Shown: positions 28,889 to 36,986 of the stretch, piece after piece
How the letters are laid out: the number at the start of each line of letters is the position of its first letter
Numbering within the stretch: the first letter of the stretch is position 1
Sequence record: MN158209.1
From: Escherichia phage BEK7
Direction: 5' to 3' (one strand)
DNA: 51,031 nt
The notes under the pieces: generated by a model
Told to the model about the DNA's origin: nothing
Database searches by the model: none
The model's input: only the letters and a program-made list of their open reading frames with translations
Program-made: the position numbers and the translations under genes

Positions 28889-30916
28889 ATGATTCCAAAC
28901 ATTGAAAAGCAAATATCAGCACTTGGTGAAGCGGTAATTAAATCCATTCAGGAGCGATTCACTGTTGGCGATATTGTGCCTTACCCTTACCAGTGCGTTG
29001 CATACGCTGAGATCGCAAAGCGTATGAAAAATTATGAGCATCCATTCTTTGTTAAAGCGTCGGTATCGTCTGGCAAAACATTGATGTTTGCAATGGTTGC
29101 TCACCAGTGCCGGAAAATGTGCTTAAAAATGATGGTTCTTGCTCGCCAGGCTGAGATTGTGGATCAAGATTCTGAAGAGATAACAAATCTTGGCGTGCCG
29201 AACTCCATCTATTGTGCAGGACTGAAGACAAAAAGCGCATACTTTCCGATCGTTGTTGGTTCTGAGGGAACTGTAGTTAATGGACTGTTTAAAGCGCTTG
29301 GCGACTATGTTCCGCACGTTATCGGGATTGACGAGTGTCACCAGGTGGATTGGGAAGACCTTGCCGACGCCATAGAGAAAGACGAGTCATTTTTACAAAT
29401 GACGACAAAGAAAGGCGAAAAAGTACAAAATCCAGATTATGACGTAGCGAGCGATAACGAATGCGAAGAATTCCTGATTGGTGAGGATGGCTTGCCAATG
29501 GAGGGAACAGGCCGCACACAATACACTGTCATTATCATGGAAATGATGCGACGTTGCAGGAAAGCATATGGTCATGAACTGCGCATCTTTGGTATGACTG
29601 GATCGGAGTTTCGCGGCGTAGTTCCAATACTGGTAGAAGATAAAAAACAAAAAGGATTCTGGCGCGAACAGGTTACTAATATTGATACCAACTACCTTAT
29701 CAAGTTTGGCTCGGTTGTGCCTACCAATTTTGGCGACGTTGGCGATCTAGGTTATGACCTTTCAGAGTTTGAGGCATCCAGTGAGGACGGCGTTGAAGAC
29801 TTTGACCAGAAAACTCTGCGCAAGATGGAGGAGAAGATCCATAATGATGCAACCATGACGCAAAAAATCATGTCACGCGTGCATGAGATCTGCAAAGACC
29901 GCAACGGCGTGCTGGTAACTTGCGCAGGTGAGCGTCACTGTAAAGAGGCCGCTGCCGCACTTCCGACAGGCACGACATACAGAATCATCACTGGCAAGAC
30001 GGGAGAGAAACAGCGTAAGGAGTGGTTAAGGGAAGCATTCGAGGGAAAGGTAAAATACATTTTCCAGGTTCAGGCGCTAACAACTGGCGTTAACCAGCCG
30101 TTATGGGATACTTCCGTCATTCTGCGTAAAATCAGATCACTAACGTTGCTGATTCAGCTTTTAGGGCGCGGTATGCGACTGCTTAAGAAATGGCATATTG
30201 AGCAAGGATTCACGAAAAACGATCACCTTGTTCTTGATTTCGCCGGAACGATGGACGAGCTAGGGGATTTATATTTCGATCCTATACTTGAGCAAGCGCA
30301 ATTCCAGAAGCGATTCACCAACGGGAAAGATCCGAAAACTTGCCCGATATGCAAGACGCTGAATAGCTACTACGCGCGCCGTTGTATGCACGTAGACGAA
30401 AGCGGAAAACGGTGTGAGCACTTCTGGACGTATCGCGAATGCACAGACCAGGTAGATCCGAGAACGAAAAAGATTATTCATCGCGGTTGCGGAACAAAAA
30501 ACGACGTAGTGGCGAGAGTATGCCGTTGTTGCGATATTTCTCTTGTCGATCCTAACGAGAAGTTAAGCGGCAAGCACTACACGAAAAACGATTACATGAG
30601 TGTTAAATCGTTCCGTGTTGACATGACAAAAAACCAGAAAGGTATCGTTTTTTGCTATGAGCTTGATTATCATGGGGAAACATTCAAGGCATACGAAAGA
30701 TTTTTCCCTGAGTCAGAAAGCAACATTTGCCGGACGATATGGAGAAAAATAGCATTGCAGCACATACCGGATCGCAAGATTGCTGGTATGGTGGCGAGCT
30801 ATAGAAATGCGCGTAAAATTATGGCATACGCCCATCACATCATGCCGCCAGTACGCGTGACGCATCGCAAGACGGCGAAAGGAGAGGACAACATTGCTAA
30901 ACGGGAGTTTGCTTAA
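28889..30916 (+). CDS. SF2 DNA helicase (DExH box)
   Basis: Walker A VSSGKT, DECH box (IGIDECHQV), C-terminal Cys-rich zinc-finger-like region; start could also be 28868. Confidence 0.75.
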   Translation: MIPNIEKQISALGEAVIKSIQERFTVGDIVPYPYQCVAYAEIAKRMKNYEHPFFVKASVSSGKTLMFAMVAHQCRKMCLKMMVLARQAEIVDQDSEEITNLGVPNSIYCAGLKTKSAYFPIVVGSEGTVVNGLFKALGDYVPHVIGIDECHQVDWEDLADAIEKDESFLQMTTKKGEKVQNPDYDVASDNECEEFLIGEDGLPMEGTGRTQYTVIIMEMMRRCRKAYGHELRIFGMTGSEFRGVVPILVEDKKQKGFWREQVTNIDTNYLIKFGSVVPTNFGDVGDLGYDLSEFEASSEDGVEDFDQKTLRKMEEKIHNDATMTQKIMSRVHEICKDRNGVLVTCAGERHCKEAAAALPTGTTYRIITGKTGEKQRKEWLREAFEGKVKYIFQVQALTTGVNQPLWDTSVILRKIRSLTLLIQLLGRGMRLLKKWHIEQGFTKNDHLVLDFAGTMDELGDLYFDPILEQAQFQKRFTNGKDPKTCPICKTLNSYYARRCMHVDESGKRCEHFWTYRECTDQVDPRTKKIIHRGCGTKNDVVARVCRCCDISLVDPNEKLSGKHYTKNDYMSVKSFRVDMTKNQKGIVFCYELDYHGETFKAYERFFPESESNICRTIWRKIALQHIPDRKIAGMVASYRNARKIMAYAHHIMPPVRVTHRKTAKGEDNIAKREFA

Positions 30917-31386
30917 TGAATTGGCATGATATTTTTTCATATGATAATGGTCGCCTTTTTTGGGCGACCAAAAGAGCAAACTGCATAAAAGTAGGTGACG
31001 AGGCAGGATTTTTACATCACCAAGGATACAGATTTGTTTGCATAAACGGGAAACAATTTGCAATCCATAGAATAGTATGGGAGATGCACTACGGAAAAAT
31101 ACCATATGGATATGAAATAGATCATATTAACGGCATAAGAGATGATAACCGCATAGAAAACTTGCGTCTGGTTATGAGAATCGACAACATGAAAAACAAA
31201 GCTACGTATAGGAATAACAAAAGCGGATTTGCTGGTGTTTCATGGGATAAAAGTAAGTCTAGATGGGTGGCAAAAATTGCAAACAAAAAACTAGGTGACT
31301 TCAAAAGCATAATTGATGCCGTGAATGCAAGAATAGTTGCAGAAGTTAGCTCAGGATTTCACAAAAATCACGGGAGGAAGCAGTGA
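30916..31386 (+). CDS. HNH homing endonuclease
   Basis: HRIVWEMHYGKIPYGYEIDHINGIRDDNRIENLRLV plus AP2-like C-terminus. Confidence 0.85.
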   Translation: MNWHDIFSYDNGRLFWATKRANCIKVGDEAGFLHHQGYRFVCINGKQFAIHRIVWEMHYGKIPYGYEIDHINGIRDDNRIENLRLVMRIDNMKNKATYRNNKSGFAGVSWDKSKSRWVAKIANKKLGDFKSIIDAVNARIVAEVSSGFHKNHGRKQ

Positions 31387-31799
31387 TAACTGATAAAGGC
31401 GATTATCTTGAGTTTTACGAAAGGGATCCAACCGACACGAGAAGGGAAGTTAATCACCAGATAGATAGTTTTCAGTGGTTGACTTATGCTCATCCTTATT
31501 TGCTGGCGTGGCATACGGTAAACGAGAATGAGAAGTCTAAAGCAACGGCGATGATTGATCAGCAGTCCGGTTTGGTTAAGGGAGTAAGCGATTTTATCAT
31601 CCTGATTGGTACAAAAGGCCGCTACCCGTTTGCGGCTATTGAGATGAAGCGCGTCAATAAGTCCGGAAAGGGAAAGGCTTCACCAGTCAGCAATGAGCAA
31701 AAAGCCTTCTTGCGACGTGTGCGTGAGATTGGCGGATTCGCCGCTGTAACATACGGATATAAGCAATTCATGATCGCTGTAGAATACATGATGAAATAG
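31383..31799 (+). CDS. VRR-NUC domain nuclease
   Basis: GVSDFIILIGTKGRYPFAAIEMKRVN...EQKAFL pattern (D...E.K) characteristic of VRR-NUC. Confidence 0.7.
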   Translation: MITDKGDYLEFYERDPTDTRREVNHQIDSFQWLTYAHPYLLAWHTVNENEKSKATAMIDQQSGLVKGVSDFIILIGTKGRYPFAAIEMKRVNKSGKGKASPVSNEQKAFLRRVREIGGFAAVTYGYKQFMIAVEYMMK

Positions 31800-31815
31800 C
31801 ACTTTTTGTTAAAAC
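31795..31815 (+). promoter_or_regulatory. conserved 21-nt promoter-like element (copy)
   Basis: AATAGCACTTTTTGTTAAAAC; TAG at 31797-31799 is the stop of the VRR-NUC ORF; CATAAT 22 nt downstream. Confidence 0.5.
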
Positions 31816-31873
31816 AGGCGCGAAGGATTTCGCCATAATAACAACAGTTCAACAAGCAACAGGTAATTAAGAA

Positions 31874-32575
31874 ATGAGCAAAGAAACTGAAGTGACATTT
31901 GAACAAATAGAACGCGAAACATTCATTGGCAATGCTCTTGCTACTGGTGGTCATTACCAGGCTGTTAAACCAAATCAATATTTCAAAGTGACTGGCAACC
32001 GCTATAACGGCAGCAATACGCCGGACGTTGTGCGCGATATGTGGAGCACGCCTCAAGAGATTGTGGAGTGGATGGAATCAGAATTTGGTGAATACGATCT
32101 CGACGCGGCAGCAAGCCAGGAAAACGCAGTTTGCGAGAAGTTCTATAGCAAGGAAACAAACTGCTTAAAGCGTTTGTGGGGTAGTAATAAGCATATATGG
32201 CTGAATCCACCGTACAGCAATATTACTCCATTTGTTAAGAAAGCGATTGAGCAAATGGAGTACAATAACCAGATCGACATTCTGTTACCTTGCGACACAT
32301 CAACAGGATGGTTTTATGAAGCGCAACAGCGAGCAGCGGAAATCATCTGGATCACTGGCGAAGTTTACCAGGAGGACGGAACAGAATATTCCCGCACCGG
32401 ACGACTGGCGTTTACCTCGGCTCTTACAGGTAAACCAGTGCAGGGAAACAACAAAGGAAGCGTTATTTTCATCATGCGCGAACTTAAAGAAGGTGAGCAG
32501 CAGAAAACGCGATACGTTAAGATCAGCGATATTTGTCCTTCTGTAACCGAACGTCGCGCACGGAAACGGAGCTAA
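31874..32575 (+). CDS. dam: DNA N6-adenine methyltransferase (phage Dam-like)
   Basis: Catalytic NPPY motif (HIWLNPPYSN); 233 aa. Confidence 0.8.
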   Translation: MSKETEVTFEQIERETFIGNALATGGHYQAVKPNQYFKVTGNRYNGSNTPDVVRDMWSTPQEIVEWMESEFGEYDLDAAASQENAVCEKFYSKETNCLKRLWGSNKHIWLNPPYSNITPFVKKAIEQMEYNNQIDILLPCDTSTGWFYEAQQRAAEIIWITGEVYQEDGTEYSRTGRLAFTSALTGKPVQGNNKGSVIFIMRELKEGEQQKTRYVKISDICPSVTERRARKRS

Positions 32576-32579
32576 AACC

Positions 32580-32837
32580 ATGCAGAAAGAAAGAAGAGTT
32601 TTACTTAATGAAGATGGCGAATTTCTTTTGTATCGCGCTATGGTATGCGATGCACTTGATAAAAACCCTAACGTGAAAAAGATGATTGATTGCGATCCGT
32701 GGGAATTTTCAAGCGCATTAGATATGAGCTTTGAGGAGACAAAAAAACTCCCACTTGAAAAATGGCACGAACAAATCAGAAATGACATGCAAGAATTTGT
32801 CGATTCGTGGAATTTTCAGAACGGAATGATCCACTAA
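32580..32837 (+). CDS. hypothetical protein
   Basis: 85-aa ORF; stop TAA immediately followed by the element's TAG. Confidence 0.4.
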   Translation: MQKERRVLLNEDGEFLLYRAMVCDALDKNPNVKKMIDCDPWEFSSALDMSFEETKKLPLEKWHEQIRNDMQEFVDSWNFQNGMIH

Positions 32838-32856
32838 TAGCACTTTTTGTTAAAAC
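32836..32856 (+). promoter_or_regulatory. conserved 21-nt promoter-like element (copy)
   Basis: AATAGCACTTTTTGTTAAAAC followed by hairpin GCCCGGC...CGGGC and ATAATT. Confidence 0.5.
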
Positions 32857-32912
32857 GCCCGGCCTTGTGTCGGGCATAATTATTTCAACGAAACAAACAT
32901 GAGGAAATAAAA

Positions 32913-33092
32913 ATGGTAGTATACAGCAAGAAAGCATTTGACCAGGCGCAAAAAACCGCACGCGAGGCGGTAAAAGGTGGAACGAAAAACAATATGCAGC
33001 TTTATTGGGGCGCTGCAATGATTCTACTTCGCGTTGCATATGGTCACTACCCATTAGAATTTGCGGAGGCATATTATCATCATGAGAGTTGA
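32913..33092 (+). CDS. hypothetical small protein (59 aa, below ORF-track cutoff)
   Basis: ATG after GAGGAAATAAAA, about 75 nt downstream of an element copy; stop overlaps next start. Confidence 0.3.
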   Translation: MVVYSKKAFDQAQKTAREAVKGGTKNNMQLYWGAAMILLRVAYGHYPLEFAEAYYHHES

Positions 33093-33327
33093 GCAAGGGC
33101 GTGAAGCAGTCTGGCAACATATAAACGAAATGGGGATGGCTGAGGACATAAAGAAGATCGCGCAATATTTTGATATTGCCGACATCAGCGTAATCGGCGG
33201 CGGCAAAATGACTTTCCTCAAGGAAAAGCCGCGTAAGATGGTACGCGTTCCAGCCATACCAACAAAAATTGACTACAAGGCAGAGATGGCAAAAGTTCGC
33301 GAGCCTAAAAAATATTACAAGAAATGA
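33082..33327 (+). CDS. hypothetical protein
   Basis: ORF in track, start moved to internal ATG overlapping previous stop. Confidence 0.35.
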   Translation: MRVEQGREAVWQHINEMGMAEDIKKIAQYFDIADISVIGGGKMTFLKEKPRKMVRVPAIPTKIDYKAEMAKVREPKKYYKK

Positions 33328-33426
33328 GGGTTATTATCATGTGGCGCTTGTTATATCTTCCGCTACCCGCTATCATTGCGACCGCTATCATGTATAGTAT
33401 CGTAATGCACCAATAGGAGAAACATC

Positions 33427-34545
33427 ATGAGTCAAAGCAAGATAACCGACGAGCAATTCACGCATGAGCGATTAAAGGGTAAGAGCTATCGACAGATTGC
33501 TGAGGAATACGGCCTGAATGTTCGCAGCGTCGAGCGCCGAGCGGCACGACTGGCAAAGCAGGGAAAAATAACCACTGTAGGAACGCCTGGTTTTGGTGTT
33601 CACGGCGAATCGGTCATGACCGACAAAGAAGGTAACGTGATCCTCAAATGGACAAAGACCAGTAAGGACAAAGAGCAACTGGAAGCGTTGATGCGCGCAG
33701 CTATGGACGCTTTTACCGAAGAATTACCTCGTGTAGATCCGACACCAGAAGAAACAATAAAATACAGAGAAAGCCTTGCCCTTTACCCCGTTTTTGATAT
33801 GCACCTGGGAGCTATGGCGCACAAGCACGAATGCGGCGAGAATTGGGATACATCAACGGCAGAGAAGGTAATGAATGACTTTTTCGATTATGCTGTGGCC
33901 TGCGCCCCGTTCAGCGAGAAAGCAGTGCTGCTGATTGGCGGCGACATGCTTCACAGTGACGGCCTGGAAGCGGTAACTCCTGCAAGCGGTCACGTATTGG
34001 ATCAAGATAGCCGATACGCAAAATTAGTTTACGTTGCAATTCGTGCCGTCCGTCGAGCCATTGAGTTGATGCTCAAAAAACACAAAGAAGTCGAGATCCA
34101 GATAATTGAGGGCAACCATGACCAAAGCGGCATGATCTGGTTACGTGCAGCTATGGCGGCGGCATATGAAAAAGAGCCTCGCGTTTACGTTGATGTATCG
34201 CCGCGAGTGGTTCACCATACGCAGTACGGAAAAACATTCCTTGCATATCATCACGGTCACACCGTCCGAAAGCCGGAAACATTGCTAATGATGTGCGCAG
34301 CAGACTGGCGGGAGGACTTTGGAAACTCAAAAACTATGTATGCGCACGTAGGGCATTTTCATCATCAGACTGTAACAGAAACATCGCTAGGCATTGTTGA
34401 AGTACATAGCACGATGGCAGCTAAAGACGCATACGCCGCGCGAGGCGGTTGGCGTTCCCGTCGCCGTGCTGCGGTTATCATTTACGACAAAGAACACGGC
34501 GAAATCGGACGCTTTATGTTTTATCCTGAAATGGCAGATAAATAA
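33427..34545 (+). CDS. calcineurin-like metallophosphoesterase with N-terminal HTH domain
   Basis: Phosphoesterase motifs DMH, GGDMLHSDG, EGNHD and His-rich HVGHFHH; N-terminal HTH-like YRQIAEEYGLNVRSVERR. Confidence 0.6.
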   Translation: MSQSKITDEQFTHERLKGKSYRQIAEEYGLNVRSVERRAARLAKQGKITTVGTPGFGVHGESVMTDKEGNVILKWTKTSKDKEQLEALMRAAMDAFTEELPRVDPTPEETIKYRESLALYPVFDMHLGAMAHKHECGENWDTSTAEKVMNDFFDYAVACAPFSEKAVLLIGGDMLHSDGLEAVTPASGHVLDQDSRYAKLVYVAIRAVRRAIELMLKKHKEVEIQIIEGNHDQSGMIWLRAAMAAAYEKEPRVYVDVSPRVVHHTQYGKTFLAYHHGHTVRKPETLLMMCAADWREDFGNSKTMYAHVGHFHHQTVTETSLGIVEVHSTMAAKDAYAARGGWRSRRRAAVIIYDKEHGEIGRFMFYPEMADK

Positions 34546-34546
34546 A

Positions 34547-34717
34547 ATGAAAGTACGTTGCACCAGAAACACATCTAAGCAATTGCCCTACACCGTCGGC
34601 CTGATTTACACGTCGGTAGCAATCCCTGGCGGGATGTATGAGATCCGCGACGGACAAGGTAGCGCGATTATCGCACCACTACACGGCTATTATCTGACTT
34701 TTTCGCCAGTAGAATGA
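34547..34717 (+). CDS. hypothetical small protein
   Basis: 57-aa ORF starting at ATG overlapping previous stop (TAAAATG). Confidence 0.3.
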   Translation: MKVRCTRNTSKQLPYTVGLIYTSVAIPGGMYEIRDGQGSAIIAPLHGYYLTFSPVE

Positions 34718-34740
34718 CCATATAAAACATTAACTTATAA

Positions 34741-34772
34741 GGAGGCTTGATTTTTAAGTCTCCTTTTTTTAT
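34741..34772 (+). terminator. rho-independent terminator
   Basis: GGAGGCT-loop-AGTCTCC followed by 7-nt T-run. Confidence 0.6.
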
Positions 34773-34840
34773 TTATTTTTTCAGCACAATGTTTAAAATA
34801 CAATCATCACTATTGACATTTGAATAAAGAGGATCTAAAT

Positions 34841-35056
34841 ATGAAAGATTTTTTGAACGCTGCAACGTCCGGCACGGGCGGCGCATCAATCACTGGAGCA
34901 GTAACAGGACAAACGGCAATTGCAATTGCCAGCTTCGTATTGATGGCTATTTTCGGCGTATGGGGCGCTTATCTGCGGTGGCGTGATAGTAAAGCCTTCC
35001 AGAAGGCGCTTGATAGTGGTGACTTTAAAAAAGCAATTGAAATCAGGGGTAAATGA
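34841..35056 (+). CDS. holin (pinholin candidate)
   Basis: 71 aa with one clear hydrophobic TMD and charged C-terminus; RBS AAGAGGA; directly upstream of and overlapping the endolysin gene. Confidence 0.6.
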   Translation: MKDFLNAATSGTGGASITGAVTGQTAIAIASFVLMAIFGVWGAYLRWRDSKAFQKALDSGDFKKAIEIRGK

Positions 35057-35544
35057 TGAGCGCAAGAAAAAGCATCGTGTCCGTCGCTATCGGTGCTGCG
35101 CTTGCTCTTACTTCTCCACTCCTTGAAGAAATTGAGGGGATCAGATACACGCCATATAAAGATATTGCCGGAGTCTGGACGGCATGCGCCGGAATCACCG
35201 GAAAAGATGTGATTATCGGTAAGACCTACACAAAGCGAGAATGCGATGCGCTACTGGCAAAACATATCAAGGTGGCAAAGGATGAAGTAGACAAGCGCGT
35301 GAAGGTTGAAATCCCAGCCACGATGCGAGCGGCGATGTATAGTTTCACTTTTAACGCTGGCGTTGGTGCATTCCGCAATTCGACAATGCTCAAACTGATT
35401 AATCAGGGCAGATTGCCGGAAGCGTGCCAGCAGTTATGGCGGTGGGATAAATTCACGAATCCTAAAACCGGAAAGAAAGAACTCTCGAAAGGTTTACGCA
35501 ACCGCCGCGCGGTGGAATTTAAATATTGCATTAAGGATCTGTAA
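35053..35544 (+). CDS. SAR endolysin (phage lysozyme family)
   Basis: N-terminal weakly hydrophobic Gly/Ala/Ser-rich segment ([18 protein letters not shown]) followed by lysozyme catalytic region [23 protein letters not shown]. Confidence 0.75.
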   Translation: MMSARKSIVSVAIGAALALTSPLLEEIEGIRYTPYKDIAGVWTACAGITGKDVIIGKTYTKRECDALLAKHIKVAKDEVDKRVKVEIPATMRAAMYSFTFNAGVGAFRNSTMLKLINQGRLPEACQQLWRWDKFTNPKTGKKELSKGLRNRRAVEFKYCIKDL

Positions 35545-35546
35545 TT

Positions 35547-35945
35547 ATGCGAAAGTTATCAATAATCGCGATCGCTGTTATTTTGTCTGGATGTTCAAGC
35601 GTTACGCCACTGACCGGATTAATCGGCAGTAAACCGGAAATCACAGCACAGGCAGGAGCTGAGAACGTAAAGCAGACCGTTGGCGTTACCGCAAAGCAGG
35701 ACACCAGTACAAAACAGGAAACCACAATAAAGGAATCTGCGGTTGATAAGGTGGACACTTCAAGCAAGAAGGATTTCACTACGTCAACCATTCAGGCTAA
35801 CACCATCAAGGCTGATAAAATCCAGGTCGTGCAGGGTGAGCAAAGGAAATGGTACGATCCTATAATCTATTGCGCTGCGATTTTCAGTGGTCTTTTGACT
35901 ATGCTTTACTTTTCCTACCGCAAAGGCAACAAAAAGGAGGCTTAA
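35547..35945 (+). CDS. unimolecular spanin (u-spanin)
   Basis: N-terminal lipoprotein signal with lipobox LSGC plus C-terminal TMD (IIYCAAIFSGLLTMLYF); architecture as described for T1 gp11. Confidence 0.7.
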   Translation: MRKLSIIAIAVILSGCSSVTPLTGLIGSKPEITAQAGAENVKQTVGVTAKQDTSTKQETTIKESAVDKVDTSSKKDFTTSTIQANTIKADKIQVVQGEQRKWYDPIIYCAAIFSGLLTMLYFSYRKGNKKEA

Positions 35946-35956
35946 CGCCTCCTTTG

Positions 35957-36199
35957 TTATTCAATACGCTTTACAGTAACCAATAAAACGCCGTCATCAT
36001 CACACAAATTATGCTCTGATATGTTAAACGCTCGCATGTCAGAATGAATTAGCGTTAACATTGCGTGCATGAAGTCGCCATGTGAGATTTGAGAAGTAGC
36101 GCAAAACTTAAGAATTTCATCTATCAGTTTACTTTCCATGATTTTCATGATAACCAAGTTTAGCCTCTGCTTGTTCTCTTGCCATAATTGCATCATCAA
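35957..36199 (-). CDS. hypothetical protein
   Basis: 80-aa ORF, last gene of leftward cluster. Confidence 0.35.
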   Translation of the reverse strand: MMMQLWQENKQRLNLVIMKIMESKLIDEILKFCATSQISHGDFMHAMLTLIHSDMRAFNISEHNLCDDDGVLLVTVKRIE

Positions 36200-36214
36200 T
36201 GCTTGAAAATAATC

Positions 36215-36601
36215 CTAAATGAATACTCTTACCTTTATCATATATGGTTGCATGCCATTTCTTTCTTTCTTCCTCCAGCACACTCCAACCCTACCAGATT
36301 TATTTCTTTTTAGTAGAGATACGTTTTTGCTGTTCTCTAATCTTGATGCAAGCCTTAAATTTTCAATCCTGTTATCCAACCTATTGTGCCATATATGATC
36401 TATCTCCATTCCTTCTGGTATTTTTCCATTGTGCATTTCCCATATTATTCTATGAGCCAAAAGCAATACACCATTATACCTTATTCTTACATAGCCATTT
36501 TTATCTACACATCCAGCAACGATTCCTGGCTTTGCTTTTCCCCTTCTGTTTCTCCATCTCAATATTCCATTGTCATATATAAATATTTTATTCCAATCCA
36601 T
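36215..36601 (-). CDS. HNH homing endonuclease
   Basis: HRIIWEMHNGKIPEGMEIDHIWHNRLDNRIENLRLA. Confidence 0.85.
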   Translation of the reverse strand: MDWNKIFIYDNGILRWRNRRGKAKPGIVAGCVDKNGYVRIRYNGVLLLAHRIIWEMHNGKIPEGMEIDHIWHNRLDNRIENLRLASRLENSKNVSLLKRNKSGRVGVCWRKKERNGMQPYMIKVRVFI

Positions 36602-36986
36602 ATCTTTTCCTTAGAGCTTCTATTTGTTGTCTATTAGCATTTGGCGTAAACAATTCTTCATCACTCATTTCTCCGATCCGTAAAACATCTCTTACCCATT
36701 CGTTTTGCATACCTTCCAGGCTGTAAAGTTCAAACGAGAAAGGGCGATTTGCTGATCCTTTCTTACACCAGAACTTTCCACAAACTCCATCAAGATAACC
36801 AGCAGTCATCATTCTTGCGCAAAACTCTTTTGAAACGGCAGTCGCAAACATTCTCGGCGTAAATCCTGCGGCCCTTGCGAGCCGCTCACATTCTCTGTGC
36901 TGAAAGATAAATTTTGCTATATGTTGACGCGTAAACCATTCGAATGACTCACACCAGCGATAAATATCAAGTAGAAACACGATCAC
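36588..36986 (-). CDS. hypothetical protein
   Basis: 132-aa ORF (true start probably internal ATG). Confidence 0.35.
   Translation of the reverse strand: MIVFLLDIYRWCESFEWFTRQHIAKFIFQHRECERLARAAGFTPRMFATAVSKEFCARMMTAGYLDGVCGKFWCKKGSANRPFSFELYSLEGMQNEWVRDVLRIGEMSDEELFTPNANRQQIEALRKRYGLE

Noticed and set aside
34813-34841. TTGACA-17-TAAATA promoter-like match just upstream of the holin gene
   Set aside because: The -10 candidate overlaps the holin start codon, so a transcript from it could not encode the holin; likely fortuitous.
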